The notes under the pieces were generated by a model. The model was given only the letters and a program-made list of their open reading frames with translations, ran no database searches and was not told where the DNA came from. Positions 24,521-38,707 of a stretch of DNA of 64,000 nucleotides are shown here, piece after piece (position 1 is the stretch's first letter; each line of letters opens with the position of its first letter). The translations under genes and the position numbers were made by a program. The DNA lies in contig NC_090356.1 of assembly GCF_035084215.1 (NCBI RefSeq), forward strand, positions 10,292,001 through 10,356,000, read 5' to 3'. This DNA is from Heptranchias perlo. Taxonomy: Eukaryota.

Positions 24521-26470
24521 TAACAAAGTTACCAAAATCACAAGAACAAATCAAAAAAGTGAAATTTATCTTTTTTTAAAAAGTGTCCATTACAGGTTTG
24601 AAGGGGTAGAATGCAAATTATTGCGCAATCTATTCCTCTTAATTCAAAAGTTGCTCAATTCAAATTATCTGTTATTCTTCAAGGCAACTAAATTGTGCAA
24701 AAAAACTTCCTGCATGGTTTCATTAAAATTGCTTAATTTATATTATTGGATAATTTGTATTTTTTTCTAGCAAAAATTGACTTTCAATTAACAAGAGTAT
24801 ACTGTATATATAACAAATCTAATCACCTATTTTCCTGCCTAACGAGGTGTATATCAAGCAAAATGTTCTTTGTACTATCCGTCATTTATAACATATAGTT
24901 GGGACAGGTATGAATTACTTTTTTTTAAAAATGGTTCCCACAGATAACCGAGCAGAAGGCTGTATTTAGATGAACTCTTTGTCACTGTCTCAAATCTGCC
25001 TCACTGGATTAAAAAGTTTTCACAACTGCTTTAGTCCTCAGCAGCTGACAACATTTTTCTATAAGAGGAGGAGACATACCAGAGCAATAAAGATGGAACC
25101 AGCAGACCACAAATTAGATCATTCTTATTCTTAGTTCATTGGTCCCTTAAGTGTGGAACTCGCCACTTCCAGGCTAGATCATTTCATTGGAGGAAATCAG
25201 GGCTTGTTAAAAAAAATGTAATACTTGTAGGTGGCAGAATATAATTTTTAAAGAAAAATACACCCAGCGCTCACCTGATACACGAATTAAGAGATTTTAT
25301 TATTATACAGTATTAATTTGGAAGGAGCAAATAAGCTTATCATTAAAAAAATTAACAAGTGACCCAAAGTTTTAGGTATTGTACAAGGCCATATATTGTT
25401 TATGGGTATTCACAATTTAAATTTTTTAAAAGTAATAATTTTAACAGCATCACGTACCAAAATTTTAAAGGGAAGTATGTTCAGAAATTTATAGCTTGAA
25501 TGCCAAAATGTGCTGTATATAAACAGGCTTTCAAGCGTAGTCTGCAGGTTTATAATGTACCTTTGGCTTAAGGGGTATAGCATTTCTTTCATTAGTTACG
25601 TGAATATGAAGGACGCCATATTCTCATTATGAAAATGTTATGGGTGGGAAAAAACTTCCTTGAATAACTCAGGTCTAATCACAAGTAAATGATTTGGGAC
25701 ACGGAAATAAGCATTGTTTATTAACGTGATAAAAATTGAATTAAACTGCTGCTATCACCTGTCAAAGTCTCCTGAGCCCATTTCTCACACAGACCGACCA
25801 GTGCAGAAAGCCCAAAACTAATGCACTCTGACTGATTAAACTGTTGAGAAAATACATTATTTTTTTTAAATTCAGAAAGAAATCCAGGAGCCTATTTAAA
25901 GATAAATTAATTTGGTCTGCTTGGCTGGCCACTTAAACATTCCTAAATCACATTTGACAGTGATTTTGAATGTTTATCAACTTGTATCACAACCAAGAAA
26001 AAATCAAACTACAATATTTACCAGATATTAGTGGAGGTCAGCTTAACTGATGAGGGGTGGGAATTTAAATTCCTCCCAATACTTTGTTACTTTTCTATAA
26101 AGGAAATCCTTTACCAGGTAAACACTGGCATTCACCCAGTAAATAGAAATACAGGGACAATTTGCACTGCCTCATGAGTCTTCCACAGCAGACACTGACC
26201 CATCCAATAGAGAAAGAGAAAGAGAAACAGCACTTGTTTTGGAGTAGTACTACAATAGGTGATTTCCCTTTTTTTCAGTAAATCAAATTATCTGCACAAA
26301 ATTAAGCAGACTACCAAAGACTAACCTAGTTTTCGCAGGGGGATATCAAACAGAGAAAGTAAAGAAAACCATAAAAATGTACGTATGATTTCCATCCTTC
26401 AGCGAAACAGTGGGCTATTCTGCCTAAGAGAACAGACTGGCATTTACAGCAACAAATATTGACTTAATTT

Positions 26471-26944
26471 AAAGAAAGAAAGAAGAACTTGCATTTATAT
26501 AGCACCTTTCATGGCCCTCAGGATGTCCCAAGGCGCTTTACAGCCAGTGAAGAACTTTTGAAGCGTAGTCACTGTTGTAATGTAAAAATCGCGACAGCCA
26601 ATTTGCACACAGCAAGGTCCCACAAACAGCAATGAGATAAATGATCAGATAACCTGTTTTTACTGATGTTTGCGAAGGGATAAATATTGGCCAAAACCCC
26701 GAGGAGAACTCCCCTGCTCTTCTTCGAAATAGTGCTGTGGGATCTTTAACGTCCACTTGAGAGGGCAGATAGGGCCTCGGTTTAACATCTCATCTGAAAG
26801 ACGGCACTCCTGACAATGCAGCACTCCTTCAGTACTGCACTGGAATGTCAGCCGGGATTTTGTGCTCAAGTCTCTGGAGTGGGGCTTGAACCCATGACCT
26901 TCTGACTCAGAGGCGAGAGTGCTGCCACTGATCCACAGCTGACA
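26471..26944 (-). mobile_element. Near full-length tRNA-derived DeuSINE (SacSINE1/AmnSINE1-like)
   Basis: Minus strand has a tRNA-like head with B box (GGTTCAAGCCC), the Deu-type core (GTGCTGCATTGTC...GATGAGATGTTAAACCGAGGCCC...GAAGAAGAGCAGGGGAGTTCTCC...CATTGCTGTTTGTGGGACCTTGCTGTG), and an L2-like tail GCTATATAAATGCAAG followed by (TTTC)n. Confidence 0.88.
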
Positions 26945-29900
26945 GGTAAGTATTTTTGGTCGGTGTCAAAATTTACAGAAAGAAAAAGATAGGTTTCAGA
27001 ACCTTAAAACCATTATGCTAAAATCCTGGATATAAATTTTACCATCACCTTATCCTTCACAATCTGGATGAAAAGTAAGGTCAATGACAAATACTCACCA
27101 AGTTGCTTAACCAAAATTGCATACAAGGTATAACAATTTTAATCCACCAGTATAGTGGATGATGGAATACAAACATATGAAAAGAAGAGCAAAAAAAGCC
27201 CATTAGGCCTCAACCTCCTAGTAATGTTAACCCCTGGGGGAGGCAAATAAATGACTGCCACATTTAACCTTTTAAAAGAGACACAAATCCAGAATCAGAA
27301 CATAAAACTATTCTGTTCTACTGATCTGACACAGTACCACAACAATAACTAGATTCCATTTACCTGACAGACCTTTTAATGGATAAAGAGAATTAGAACC
27401 CTGGTCATTCAAATTAGCCAACTCACATTACTAAATGGCTCAAACTGGGGTGAAAAAGTTGATGTCCCACCTGAGATAGCAGATTCCCAATCTATATGAG
27501 GCAACAAGCAATGCGGCTGCCAAGCCCAGAAAGTCTATGATTTATCACTTCCTGGCCAGTATGGTTCCAATAGAATGATTCACCAGAATAACAAGGGTCA
27601 GAGAGAATTTGAAGGAAGGAGTGTGGTGATATTGGTGTCATCAACAATGACTCAACTAAGTGATCTACCTGCAGACAGTTCAACTGAACATGTCTAGGAC
27701 AGAACATGGGCATCGGAAAGTCTTCTGTTGTCAAATAAAAACACAAATAATAAAATATGACGTGAGCTTCAAAAAGATTTATCAAACTACTGACCTGAAA
27801 AGAGCCGTAGTGTGGCTAGACCTCAAAGTATCTCAGAATAGGCTGAGAAGTTAAATGGGTGACATATCAATTGAACCTGCCTTTCAAAGGTATCAAAATA
27901 TGGTTAACTGACAGAATAGCAATTATCTTATGCCCTTTTTTTGGTCAATGTCTGACACCTCAAAGGCCAGAAATGTTTTCTGAAATATAAACTGTATTAT
28001 TTCAGACAGCTTGAAAACCCTCTCCTGCTCCAGTCATCCAACCAGAATTGCCTGATGCATCAAATGGGTTCTTTGCTCAAGGAAAAAACTTTGTAACCAA
28101 TACCAACAGAGGAACTTGGTTTGAGAGAAAGTATCCTGAAGTAAATTGTAAGGTTGGTCATCTTAACAATGGCAGTTTTGAACATTACAATCTACTGATG
28201 AAGTGGAGTTGCCAAAGTAAGAGGCAATAGACTTGCATGTTATGTAGCAATGTATATGTAGAGTAGACTGTCTATTAGTCATGCTCCTGGGAGAAAAAGC
28301 CTGACCTTCAAACATAGCAATAAAAAGTGATCTTTAAGAAGCAGCACTATGCTTGTGCTTAAGAACCCTACCCTGCACAAAGTAACTTTATAAGTAAAAC
28401 TGTGGCTTTTGGGAGGGGGGGAAAGTGGCAACTCAACAGTAATGGAGGTTGATTTTCATATTCACAGTCCGAGATGGATGAGGGATGATAGTTTCTGGAA
28501 GGAAAGGGATCTGGGTTGAAATCCAAAATAGTCCTGAGTTTCATTTAGAACTCATGATTTCAAAAAATCTCATTGTACTGGGTCATAAGAGCTGAACAAA
28601 TCACACCTAAGCAGCAAAATTACCAATGTTGGTTATTTCTTGTTAATATGGAACAGATTAACTCTTACTGCATTAAGGAGGGATATCACACATGAGGGAG
28701 AGTGTACACAAAGTTGAAAATTCCTGTGTTGACTTTTCATGATCTTCTTATGCATAAGTTTTCAAATAGGAAGACCTTATGTGAAGAGCAGGTGATCAAT
28801 CCTGCAAGCAAAGGACTCAGACATGATTCCTGCTCAAGTTGAGTAATATTCAAATGGAAAACCTCACTGATGAGATAAGTCAACATCAGTGTTATTTTTT
28901 AATGCATTTCTGCAGTGTGGTAACAAACTATTTTAAATGCACGATGTCTGTCAAAAGCAATTTTATATATTTAAGAATCAAGCTAACATAGTACAGCAAC
29001 CACAGCCCCCAATCTCTACTACATTCACGTCCATCCATGGTGTGATAATCAAAAATCACACACTGTAAAATGAGGAGAGGATATGTATCTTTTCCCTTAT
29101 TTTAAAACTGTGTAACATTTCCATGAAATCTATTTTGAATTCGTCCATTCTCCCTTCACTCTCTTTATATTGCAAATTTTAAAAGTCAACATTTGCATGT
29201 TTGTAAAATCTACGCAGCCTTCCAAAATAAATTTGCTTGTCATCTTGCATTCATGGTTGAAGAACTCAGGAGGTGCCACAATGGTAGCATGCTTTGCAGA
29301 CCATAAAAGGGAGCATTTTCAATGTGGTCCCATACAACTCAAGCTGGAGTTTCTGGCTACAGAGTTAATCATTTCTTCATTCCTCAAGAATCTTCATCTA
29401 ACAACATATGTTCGAGAAGGGCCTTCCCTGACCCAGTCAGCAGATTACTGGCAACATTGAACAATTTTCATCTTATCACTGTATCATGTGGCCTGCTGCA
29501 TGGCACTGTGCTTGCCAGGAAAACAAGAAAAATACCTAGAAATATATAGGTATCTTAACCAGCACACAAGATGACAACCAGCTGCTTGTGCAGTGATAAA
29601 CATGTACATTCTTCCTTCCATATGGTTGGCAATGAGCAAACTGTTTATCTATTCAGCTAATGTCAGCTCCTGCTGAGCACATTTCAAGAAAGCTGTGGAC
29701 CCTCATTTCAAAAGGGAAAAAGACTGACATCCAAACATGACAGTAGCTAATGAATTATGTTGTTTTATGGTCTGCAAAGCAAGCTTTTATGCTGGCACCA
29801 GTATAAGGCGCAGTAGCTACACATAGTAAATAAAATGTGAAGTTTCTGCAAGTTTTGGCTCACCATTATATTTTAAGAATCATTTGAAAATATCAGCTTG

Positions 29901-32900
29901 ATCCAAGATAATTTTTTTTGCCGGAGGCCTAAATAATATATTTGAATCAATGTCGTGTGATGTGTCCAATTTAAATCAATAGTTATCTGCTCAACGTCCT
30001 AGCATTTTCTCTAAGTATTTCTATCCCATTTTCCTTTCCCCAATTAGATTCCCACTGCTACTTCCCGTGGCATGCTGTTATCCTTTATCTGGCATGACTA
30101 AACAACCTGGGATGCAAAGTTTTTTTTGAGGTAGAGGACAATGCTACTCTTATTGGTCTACAGTAATGGACTAAAAGCAGGTGAATTTCTCTAGGGTAAC
30201 AATTGGCGCTGATAATTTTTACTTTCTTGAGTTGGAATGCTCTGGAACTACTTAGTATAGACGCACCCCAAGACCGACCAAAATTTACTCATCGAGAGGA
30301 GACGAGTTGGTGTCTTCCTTCTATATTCTTGCCAAGTAAACGCTTGGGCCAATGCAAAATTGACCAAATTCAATCTGAATTAGAATTTCTCATATTATAC
30401 GGCTTCACAATACTTGACTATTTGCTATCCTATCTAAAATGAAAAGCATTTCAGGTTTCCAAAGAAACAAGCCACATTCACAGAACAGCTGTAAGCTGAA
30501 ATTTGCTCAAACATTGCACTGGCCCAAAAAGCAGTGCACCTTTGCTTAGGCCAATTGGAGTTCACAGTAATTCTGCCTTTATGATAGCCAATTTTAAATG
30601 CTAATTGGAATAACTTCTTCCTGACTCAGGCTTGAACTAACTGGGTTACTTGAATCTTGTTCTTTCTGTCCTAAAAGTCGCACCTTAGAACTTTAACTCT
30701 CTCTTTGCATCAGATGACATTCCATTCAACGTTTCCCTGATTGAATGTATATATGTTAATTATATTGGATTGGATTCAATTCAGGTCATAACAAGGTGGT
30801 TTTTAGCAGGACCCATTCTTTATAGGATTGCTCACATTAAGGTGGACGTAATGCACTCACAAATATCGTGTGGCCAAGTCAGTAACGGATAATGTTGTAA
30901 GAATCAGTCAAAATGTAACTGAAAACTACAAATGGCCACATTTCCAAAGTACCATCACTGCTGTACTATATTAACCACTTTTTTCTTCCAATTTTCTCCC
31001 CATCTCTCTTGAAGGCAATGATTCATGCTGTAATACAGCTCATGCACAGTAGAACCCTTCCAGTATCTCAACCAAGTGATCATTCTTCATACATGAAACT
31101 GGAGTGTGAATTTTGGAAGGCTATTCAATTGTCCTCACCTGACACCCATGCACGTGCTTTCCAATGGGATCACTGGCTGGGAATCAGGAGCAAGAACCCC
31201 GATTGATTTATCCCCTCACTAGCCTGGGGTACTGAAGCTAATTGTAACAACCTCACTGCTCCTGGCTATTTCTCACCAAACTCAGCACAGCCCAGATTTA
31301 TGCAGCTCAATATCACACCACAAAGTGCTTTCGCTCAGCTATCAAGGGAACCAATGTCTGAAAACATATTTAAATAAATCATTTACAAAAACATGAAAGA
31401 GTTAATTATTTTCATTAACTCATTGTACAGGGAGGCCAAGTTTCTTGGGTTATACTTCAGAATTAATGATGAGAATTATGTTCAGAAATGGTATTCAGGC
31501 AGCCCAATTAATTTTGTGAGGAATCATGAGTCCTATTACAGAAAGTCCATTGCAGGGCTTGATAAAAATCTGACGACACACTTAAGCTTTTGAGATCGTG
31601 AATTAGTATTCAGGTGAAAGCATTCAAATACAGGACACAATGCACAAATGGTCCTTAACATTTTCGAGTTCATAATCAAGCAAACAGATGATGAGAAGCA
31701 GTCAAGTTTGTAGGCAATCCAGTAATTAGTTTGAAAGCCATTAGAAGCAATAACTCTTTTGGGGAGAATTTACCTTGCTCAATAAGATATGGGCATCAAT
31801 GTTTTGCACTTCTGGTGCCTGGTGTCTATAATAAGTGATCCCAGGTCAAGTATAGCATTCACAGATGAAGAGTAAAGTTTTCTCTGTTCTGTTCTAACAA
31901 TATGTCTAATTCCCATATTTAGAGCAAACCCACATCACTGCACTAGTATCAATGTTCCACTTTCCCATAGGCAGGCCATTATGTCCTCTCTGAGTGAGAT
32001 TGATAATTCAGAGCCAAATTATGGACCGTTTTAAATTATGTACCCATGCCTATTAGGAGATTGGTTGAGACTGCCCAAACTCAATCCAGATGACTGGACA
32101 ATGTTCTCACCACCACTGCACCACACCATCCCCCAGCAATACATTCCTTCTTAAAGGTATGCCAACAAAACAGTTGAGCATGTTCATTTTGAAAATGTCC
32201 TTTCTGCTTCTCCAAAGTGTAACCCTGAAGGAGGAGAAAGGTCAACATGCTGCTAAAATTTACCTGAAAATATGGTGAGACATTTTCAGATTATTTTAAA
32301 GTCAATAGGGGCTCCCAATTTTTTTTTTATAAAATGAGTTCATGGAACACCTATACAGGTATCTCCTTACTTGGCTCATTGTCAAATTTTGTTTGATAAT
32401 GCTCCTGTGAAGCACCTTGGGACATTTTACTATGTTAAAGATGCTATATGAAAAGCAATTTCACAAGATCAATTCTTTCAGCTGACCAATTGCAATACTA
32501 ACATAACATAAAACAACGGACATGAATTTCAAAGCATCGTTCCCCTTCAGCACATTTACTATTATATGCTTAAAGGTTAAAACACACACACACACTTAAC
32601 TTCGAAATTGAGTGACCTCTTATGTTCCAGTTTGGAAGAAATGTATCATCTGCAAGTGTTACTAATAGTCCCTTTACAAAATGTAATACATGGCTGACTC
32701 TGTTGGCCTTCTATGGCACTTCAAAGTATTAGTGGTACTTTGAAGTTTGTCTGCCCTTGAATATCTCTTCAGTACTGAGTAAGATTTTTTTTGGTTTTTG
32801 CTTGCTTGCTGGGTATTTAAAAAAACATGTTTGGATACATGATAATAAATATTGATCAGCAGTGCAACACAGAATCAATGTGAATATATTAACTACTCTA

Positions 32901-33269
32901 TTTATTACAATAACCTCAACTGGGAATGTTTCCAAGAAAGGTCAGGATTTTCAAACCTATTCATTCTCAATGGTTACAAACTGGCTGCTACTTAGCCACA
33001 AAGTCCTGCATATATGCCAGATTTTCCTTGAAAGCAACAGTTTTTCATTTTGACATCTTCTTGATCAAGAAAAACTGTTTCATAGTAAGAATATTCATGA
33101 CTCAACAATTGCTGAGAGATGAAAATGAGAAATACTAATAAATAGATACTGATAAATGCCATGTCAGCAGCACATTTCCTGTTGACATATTAACATGAAA
33201 TGAGATCCTACAGCATTTGTCCATATTTTTCTGTCTTTGATTTTCTTGAAATAAAATGTAACAGGATTA

Positions 33270-36200
33270 TAATTAGAAGGCTGAAAATTAGTAAGTGAGT
33301 TTGGAAGGCAGAGGAAACAAAGGTTAGAAACTAGGCAACAAAGGAGTTTGGCAGTGCTTAATGGTATATACCTCAATGCAAGGAGTATATTGAATAAGGC
33401 AGATGAGCTAAGGGCACAGACACGTGGAAGTACGATATTAGCTATTACAGAAACATGGCTTAAACAGTGGCAGGAAAAGCAGCTCAGCGTTCCTGGTTAC
33501 AGGGTTTTCCGATGAGATAGAGAGGAGGATATAAAAGGAGGGGGGGTGGCAATATTGGTTAAAGGAACAATGACGGCTGTGAGGAGAGAATATATGTTGG
33601 AAGGATCATCAAATGAGGCTATAATCATAGAAGGTTACAGCACAGAAGGAGGCCATTCGGCCCATCGAGTCCGCGCCGGCTCTATGCATCAGCAATCCAG
33701 CTGGTCCCACTGCCCCGCCCTATCCCCGTAGCCCTGCACATCTTTTCGTTTCAAGTACTTATCCAGTTCCCTTTTGATGGCCATGATTGAATCTGCCTCC
33801 ACCACTCTCTCGGGCAGTACATTCCAGATCCTAACCACTCGCTGTGTAAAAAAGTTATTCCTCATATCACCTTTGGTACTTTTGCCAATCACCTTAAATA
33901 TATGTCCTCTGGTTCTTGACCCTTCCGCCAATGGGAACAGTTCCTCTCTATCCACTCTGTCCAGACCCTTCATGATTTTGAATGGGTTGAACTAAGGAAC
34001 AAAAAAGGGGCAGTCACACAGCTGGGAGTGTACTATAGACCCGCAAGCAGTCAAGAGATAGAAAGAAGAGCAAACATGTAGGCAAATTTCTGAGCATTCA
34101 AAAATAGTGCAGTAATAGTAGGGGATTTCAACTACCCTAATATTAACTGGGATACTATCAGTGCAAAAGATATAGAGGGTGCAGAATTCTTAAATTGCAT
34201 TCAGGAGAACTTTTTTTTAGCCAGTACCTAGCAAGCCCAACAAGAGGGGGGTGCAGTTCTGGATTTAATTTTAGGGAATAAAGCTGGGCAGGTAGAAGGA
34301 GTATCTGTGGGAGAGCATTTTGCTGGTAGTAATCATAATTCAGACAGATTTAGCATAGTTATGGAAAAGGACAGAGATAGAACAGAAGTAAAAGTTCTAA
34401 ATTGGGGAAAGGCCAATTTTACTAAGCTGAGGAGTGATTTAGCAAAAGTGGACGAAACAGCTACTTGAAGGTAAATCAGTGACAGAGCAGTGGGAGGCAT
34501 TCAAGGGGGAGATTAAAGGGGTTCAGAGTAATCACGTTCCCAAAAAGAAAAAAGGTGGGACTGCCAAATCTAGAGCCCCCTGGATGACAAGGAGCATACA
34601 GGGTAAGGTACGGCAAAAAAGGGAAGCTTATGTCAGACAACAAGAGCTCAATACTGCAGAAAGCCGAGAGGAGTATGGAACGTGCAGGGGTGAAATTAGA
34701 AAAGAAATTAGGAAAGCAAAGAAAGGGCGTGAAAAAATACTGGCAAGTAAAATTAAGAAAACCAAAAATGATTTATAAATACATAAAGATCAAGAAGATA
34801 ACTAAGGAAAGAGTAGAGCCTATTAGAGACCAAAAAGGTAACCTGTGTGTGAAGGCAGAAGATAGATGTGGGTGTGGTTGTTAATGAATACTTTGTATCA
34901 GTCTTCACAAAAGAGGGGGACAGTGCAGAGATTGTAGTTGAGGAGGAGTGTGAAATATTGGATGGGATAAACATAGTGAGAGGAAGTACAAAGGGGTTTA
35001 GCATCTTTGAAAGTAGATAAATCGCCAGGCCTGGATGAAATGTATCCCAGGCTGCTAAGAGAAGCAAGGGAGGAAATAACAGAGGCTCTGACCATCATTT
35101 TCCAATCCTCCCTGGCTACAGAAATGGTGCCAGAGGAATGGAGGACTGCTAACGTTGTACCGTTGTTTGAAGAGGGAGAAAGGGATAGACCGAGTAATTA
35201 TAGTCCAGTCAGTCTAACCTCGGGGGTGGGCAAATTATTGGAATCGATTCTGAGGGACAGCATAAATCATCATTTAAAAAGGCACGGGTTAATCAAGGAC
35301 AGTCAGCATGGATTTATTAAGGGAAGGTAGTGTCTGACTAACTTGATTGAATTTTTTGAGCAGGTAACAAGGAGGGTCGATGAAGGTAACGTGTTTGATG
35401 TAATGTACATGGGTTTTAGCAAGGTTTTTGACAAGATCCCACATGGCAGATTGGTCAAAAAAATAAAAGCCCATGGGATCCAAGCGAGAGTGGCTAGTTA
35501 GATCCAAAATTGGCTCAGTGGCAGGAAGCAAAGGGTACTGGTTGACGGGTATTTTTGTGACCGGAAGACTGTTTCCAGTGGGGTCCCACAAGGCTTAGTA
35601 CTAGGTCCCTTGCTTTTTGTGGTATATATTAATGATTTGGGCTTGAATGTGGGCGGGCTTGATCAAGAAGTTTGCAGATGATACAAAAATTGGCCGTGTG
35701 ATTAATAGTGAGGAAGCAAGCTGTGGACTGCAGGAAGATATCAAATGGCTGGTTAGGTGGGCGGAAAAGTGACAAATGGAATTCAATCCAGAGAAGTGTG
35801 AGGTAATGCTTTTGGGGAGGGTAAACAAGGTAAGGGAGTACACAATAAATGGGAGGGTACTGAGAGGTGTAAAGGAACAAACGGGCCTTGGAGTGCATGT
35901 CCACAGATCCCTGAAGGTAGAAGGACAGGTAGATAAGGTGGTTAAAAAGGCGTACAGGATACTTTCCTTTATTAGCTGAGGCATAGAATATAAATGCAGG
36001 GAGATTATACTAGAACTGTTTAAAATATTGGTTAGGCCACAGCTTGAGTACTGCGTACAGTTCTGGTCACCACGTTACAGGAAAGATGTGATTGCACTAG
36101 AAAGGCTACAGAGGAGATTTACGAGGATGCTGCAAGGCTGGAGAATTTTAGCTGTGAGAAAAGATGAGATAGGCTGGGGTTGTTTTCTTTGGAGCAAAGG

Positions 36201-36582
36201 AGGCTGAGGGGAGATTTAATTGAGGTATATAAAATTATGACAAGACTAGATAGAGTGGATAGGGAGTACCTATTTCCCTTAGCAGAGGGGTCAGTGGCCA
36301 GGGGACATAGATTTTAAGTAATTGGTAGAAGGATAAACGGGAGCAGAGAAGAAATTTTTCACCCAGAGAGTGGTGGGGGTCTGGAAGTCACTGCCTGAAA
36401 GGTAGAGGCAGAAACCCTCAACTCATTTAAAAAGTACTTGGATGTGCACTTGAAGTGCCGTAATCTATAGGGCTACGGACCAAGTGCTGGAAAGTGGGAT
36501 TAAGCGATAGCTCTTTTTCAGCCGGCACTGACACGATGGGCCGAATGGCCTCCTTCTGTGCCATAACTTTCTCTGATTCTAT
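33270..36582 (+). mobile_element. CR1 LINE, near-complete decayed ORF2 (APE endonuclease + RT) with 3' UTR
   Basis: Motifs YLNARSI, AITETW, GGGVAILVK, GVYYRP, VGDFNYP, KSPGLDEMYPRLL, NYSPVSLTS, SQHGF, GVPQG, KFADDTK, MEFNPEKCEV. CR1 3' end GATGGGCCGAATGGCCTCCTTCTGTG...GATTCTA. Many stops and frameshifts. Confidence 0.93.
33624..33982 (-). mobile_element. Younger CR1 3' fragment nested in antisense inside the CR1 endonuclease region
   Basis: Interrupts SSNEAI|WVELRN. Encodes MKGLDRVDREELFPL...TRGH...FFTQRVVRIWNVLP and ends in a CR1 3' UTR (GATGGGCCGAATGGCCTCCTTCTGTGCTGTAACCTTCTATGAT). Confidence 0.9.
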
Positions 36583-38671
36583 AACATCAAGGTAGAATAG
36601 TTTGTTGTGGCATGCTGTCATATCATGGCAGAAAATCTGGCATTGCAGTGAGTGAAGTTAAAAGAAAAAAGTTGTGTTTTAATCATTACTCACATTTCAC
36701 AAGTTATTGCAACGTAGCACAGAATGTGAAATATAAAATTTAGAAACAATTTTTAATCTAGCAATTAAATGCAGAATAGCACACAGGAATTTTGCTGGGA
36801 ACTGGAAATTACAGATCTCTACTTCATGTCACTGCTGTATTTAAGCAACATCACTGATTATTTTAACGCTTTTGATGCCTATCCTTACTCACAAGTGAAA
36901 TATATCAATGAATTACACAAAAATGAAATACACAGCATTTGATTTTCAATCAGAGAGCTACTACTTTGAATATAGCCTCCTCTGACATTTTAAATGCATA
37001 CCCAATTGGACAGATTTTATCATTTCTTGGTAAAGCCACTAGATGGAGCACCACACAGTAAAGGTATAACAAACAGTGAAAGGCCCTGTCACGTAGTAGC
37101 ACACCTGTCAGCCGATCAAGTTTACAGCCAAGAGTGCCCTGCCTTCCCAGTTGAAAGAGGAAGTGTGGCAGTGGGAGGCAGCTAGAAGCAAGGACAAAGA
37201 AAATTAAAATTACCAGCCTCACTCTACATGTGAGCTGGACGTAACTTAAGAACATGCGAAAGGATAAGACTGATATCCACAGCAGATAGTATAATTACTA
37301 TAATTTTCTGTAGTAAGTGTAACTGTCACATTTAAACGTAAAATAAGTTGCTTTGTTAACCCTCTAAGTACTGCAAACTTTATTAAGCTTTCAAAATATA
37401 TATTTTTTTCATATGTCCACAATCTCGTTTTCAACACGTTTGTAAACAGGAAAATTATGGGACCTAGAATACTGATGTACAGTATATACATGATTAAATG
37501 AGATGCTGCTCTGCTTTCTAAAAATGCAATGTTGTGCGGTGAATTAATTACACAAGACTCTCTCCAGCCTCCTTGTCTTCTGTGGATCAACCTCCTCCAG
37601 CCCCTTTCCTAAATCCTATAGGCCTTGGGTAGGCTCAGCAACATAGAAGCTTGTTTCTCCTGTGGAGTTAACCTCTCAACCTCAGCTGCTACTCATATTG
37701 CTCCTGAAGTACCATTTTTTGCAGATTTACGCCATACTGAAATGACAGACATAGGATAAAGCTGCTGCAAATTAAATAATTTTTGATGTGGGTACATTTC
37801 CCTCCATTTCTACTCTTCAAATTTATTTTCTCCTCTCTTTTCTGGTCTCTCCAGACCAGTACGAACAACAGCTGAGGGGGTTGATACGCGACCTGTTCTC
37901 GAGCCTCTTCTGGCACCAGTTGGCACTCAGTAAGAGTGGTCCTTTGACTCTTCAGCTGATTCCACCACCCTCCCATAAAACACCAGGCCTCCACTCAGCA
38001 CATGCCAAATCAGGACAACAGAGATCAACATTTCATAAGTAGAAGCACAAACCCACCTTGTTTTGCCAAAATATACAATTTCAACATGCTACATCATCCC
38101 CAAAACTTTCCATTAACTGCACTAAGGCAAGTTTACAAGCTAATTTTAATATGCAAGATGCTGAACTATAAAACTTAACAATCCACAGGATGGCTTACTG
38201 ATGAGTGTATTCAGACTTCACTAAAAGGAATTCTAAACAATTCAAAACTAATCAGAAAACAAATCATTTCCTGTTGATATTTGCAATTAACAGAACTATT
38301 AGTTTACTAGCAGTTCTCCCACAGTGTTGCTCACAGTACTTCGTTTTATTAAGGCCTGAATCATTGTACCGTGTAACACACAATGGATTATTCTGCTATT
38401 AAACCAGCTATGTGTAATGTGGTCTATTTTGTCTGACACAGTGAAGTGGCATTGGGTGCTCCAAAAGGACCAAATCCCAACAAGTGCCCCCAAGGGGAGC
38501 ACCACTAAAATAACTGGTTCTAACAAACGAAAAATGCATGTGTCAAGTTAGAACATGATATTATTATGTGTAATGTGGTGAGATCAGAAGACACCAGCTG
38601 GAAATAACTGGCTTGTTTTCTTTCCTTAATGCTAATTCTTTTATATAAAAGTGTTATGCTGAAAAAAAATA

Positions 38672-38702
<31 letters not shown>

Positions 38703-38707
38703 CACAA
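38672..38707. repeat. (AT)n/(AC)n microsatellite
   Basis: Direct read. Confidence 0.85.

Noticed and set aside
26860-26944. tRNA gene
   Set aside because: The A/B-box-like sequence is the head of a DeuSINE and runs straight into the SINE core; I see no complete cloverleaf.
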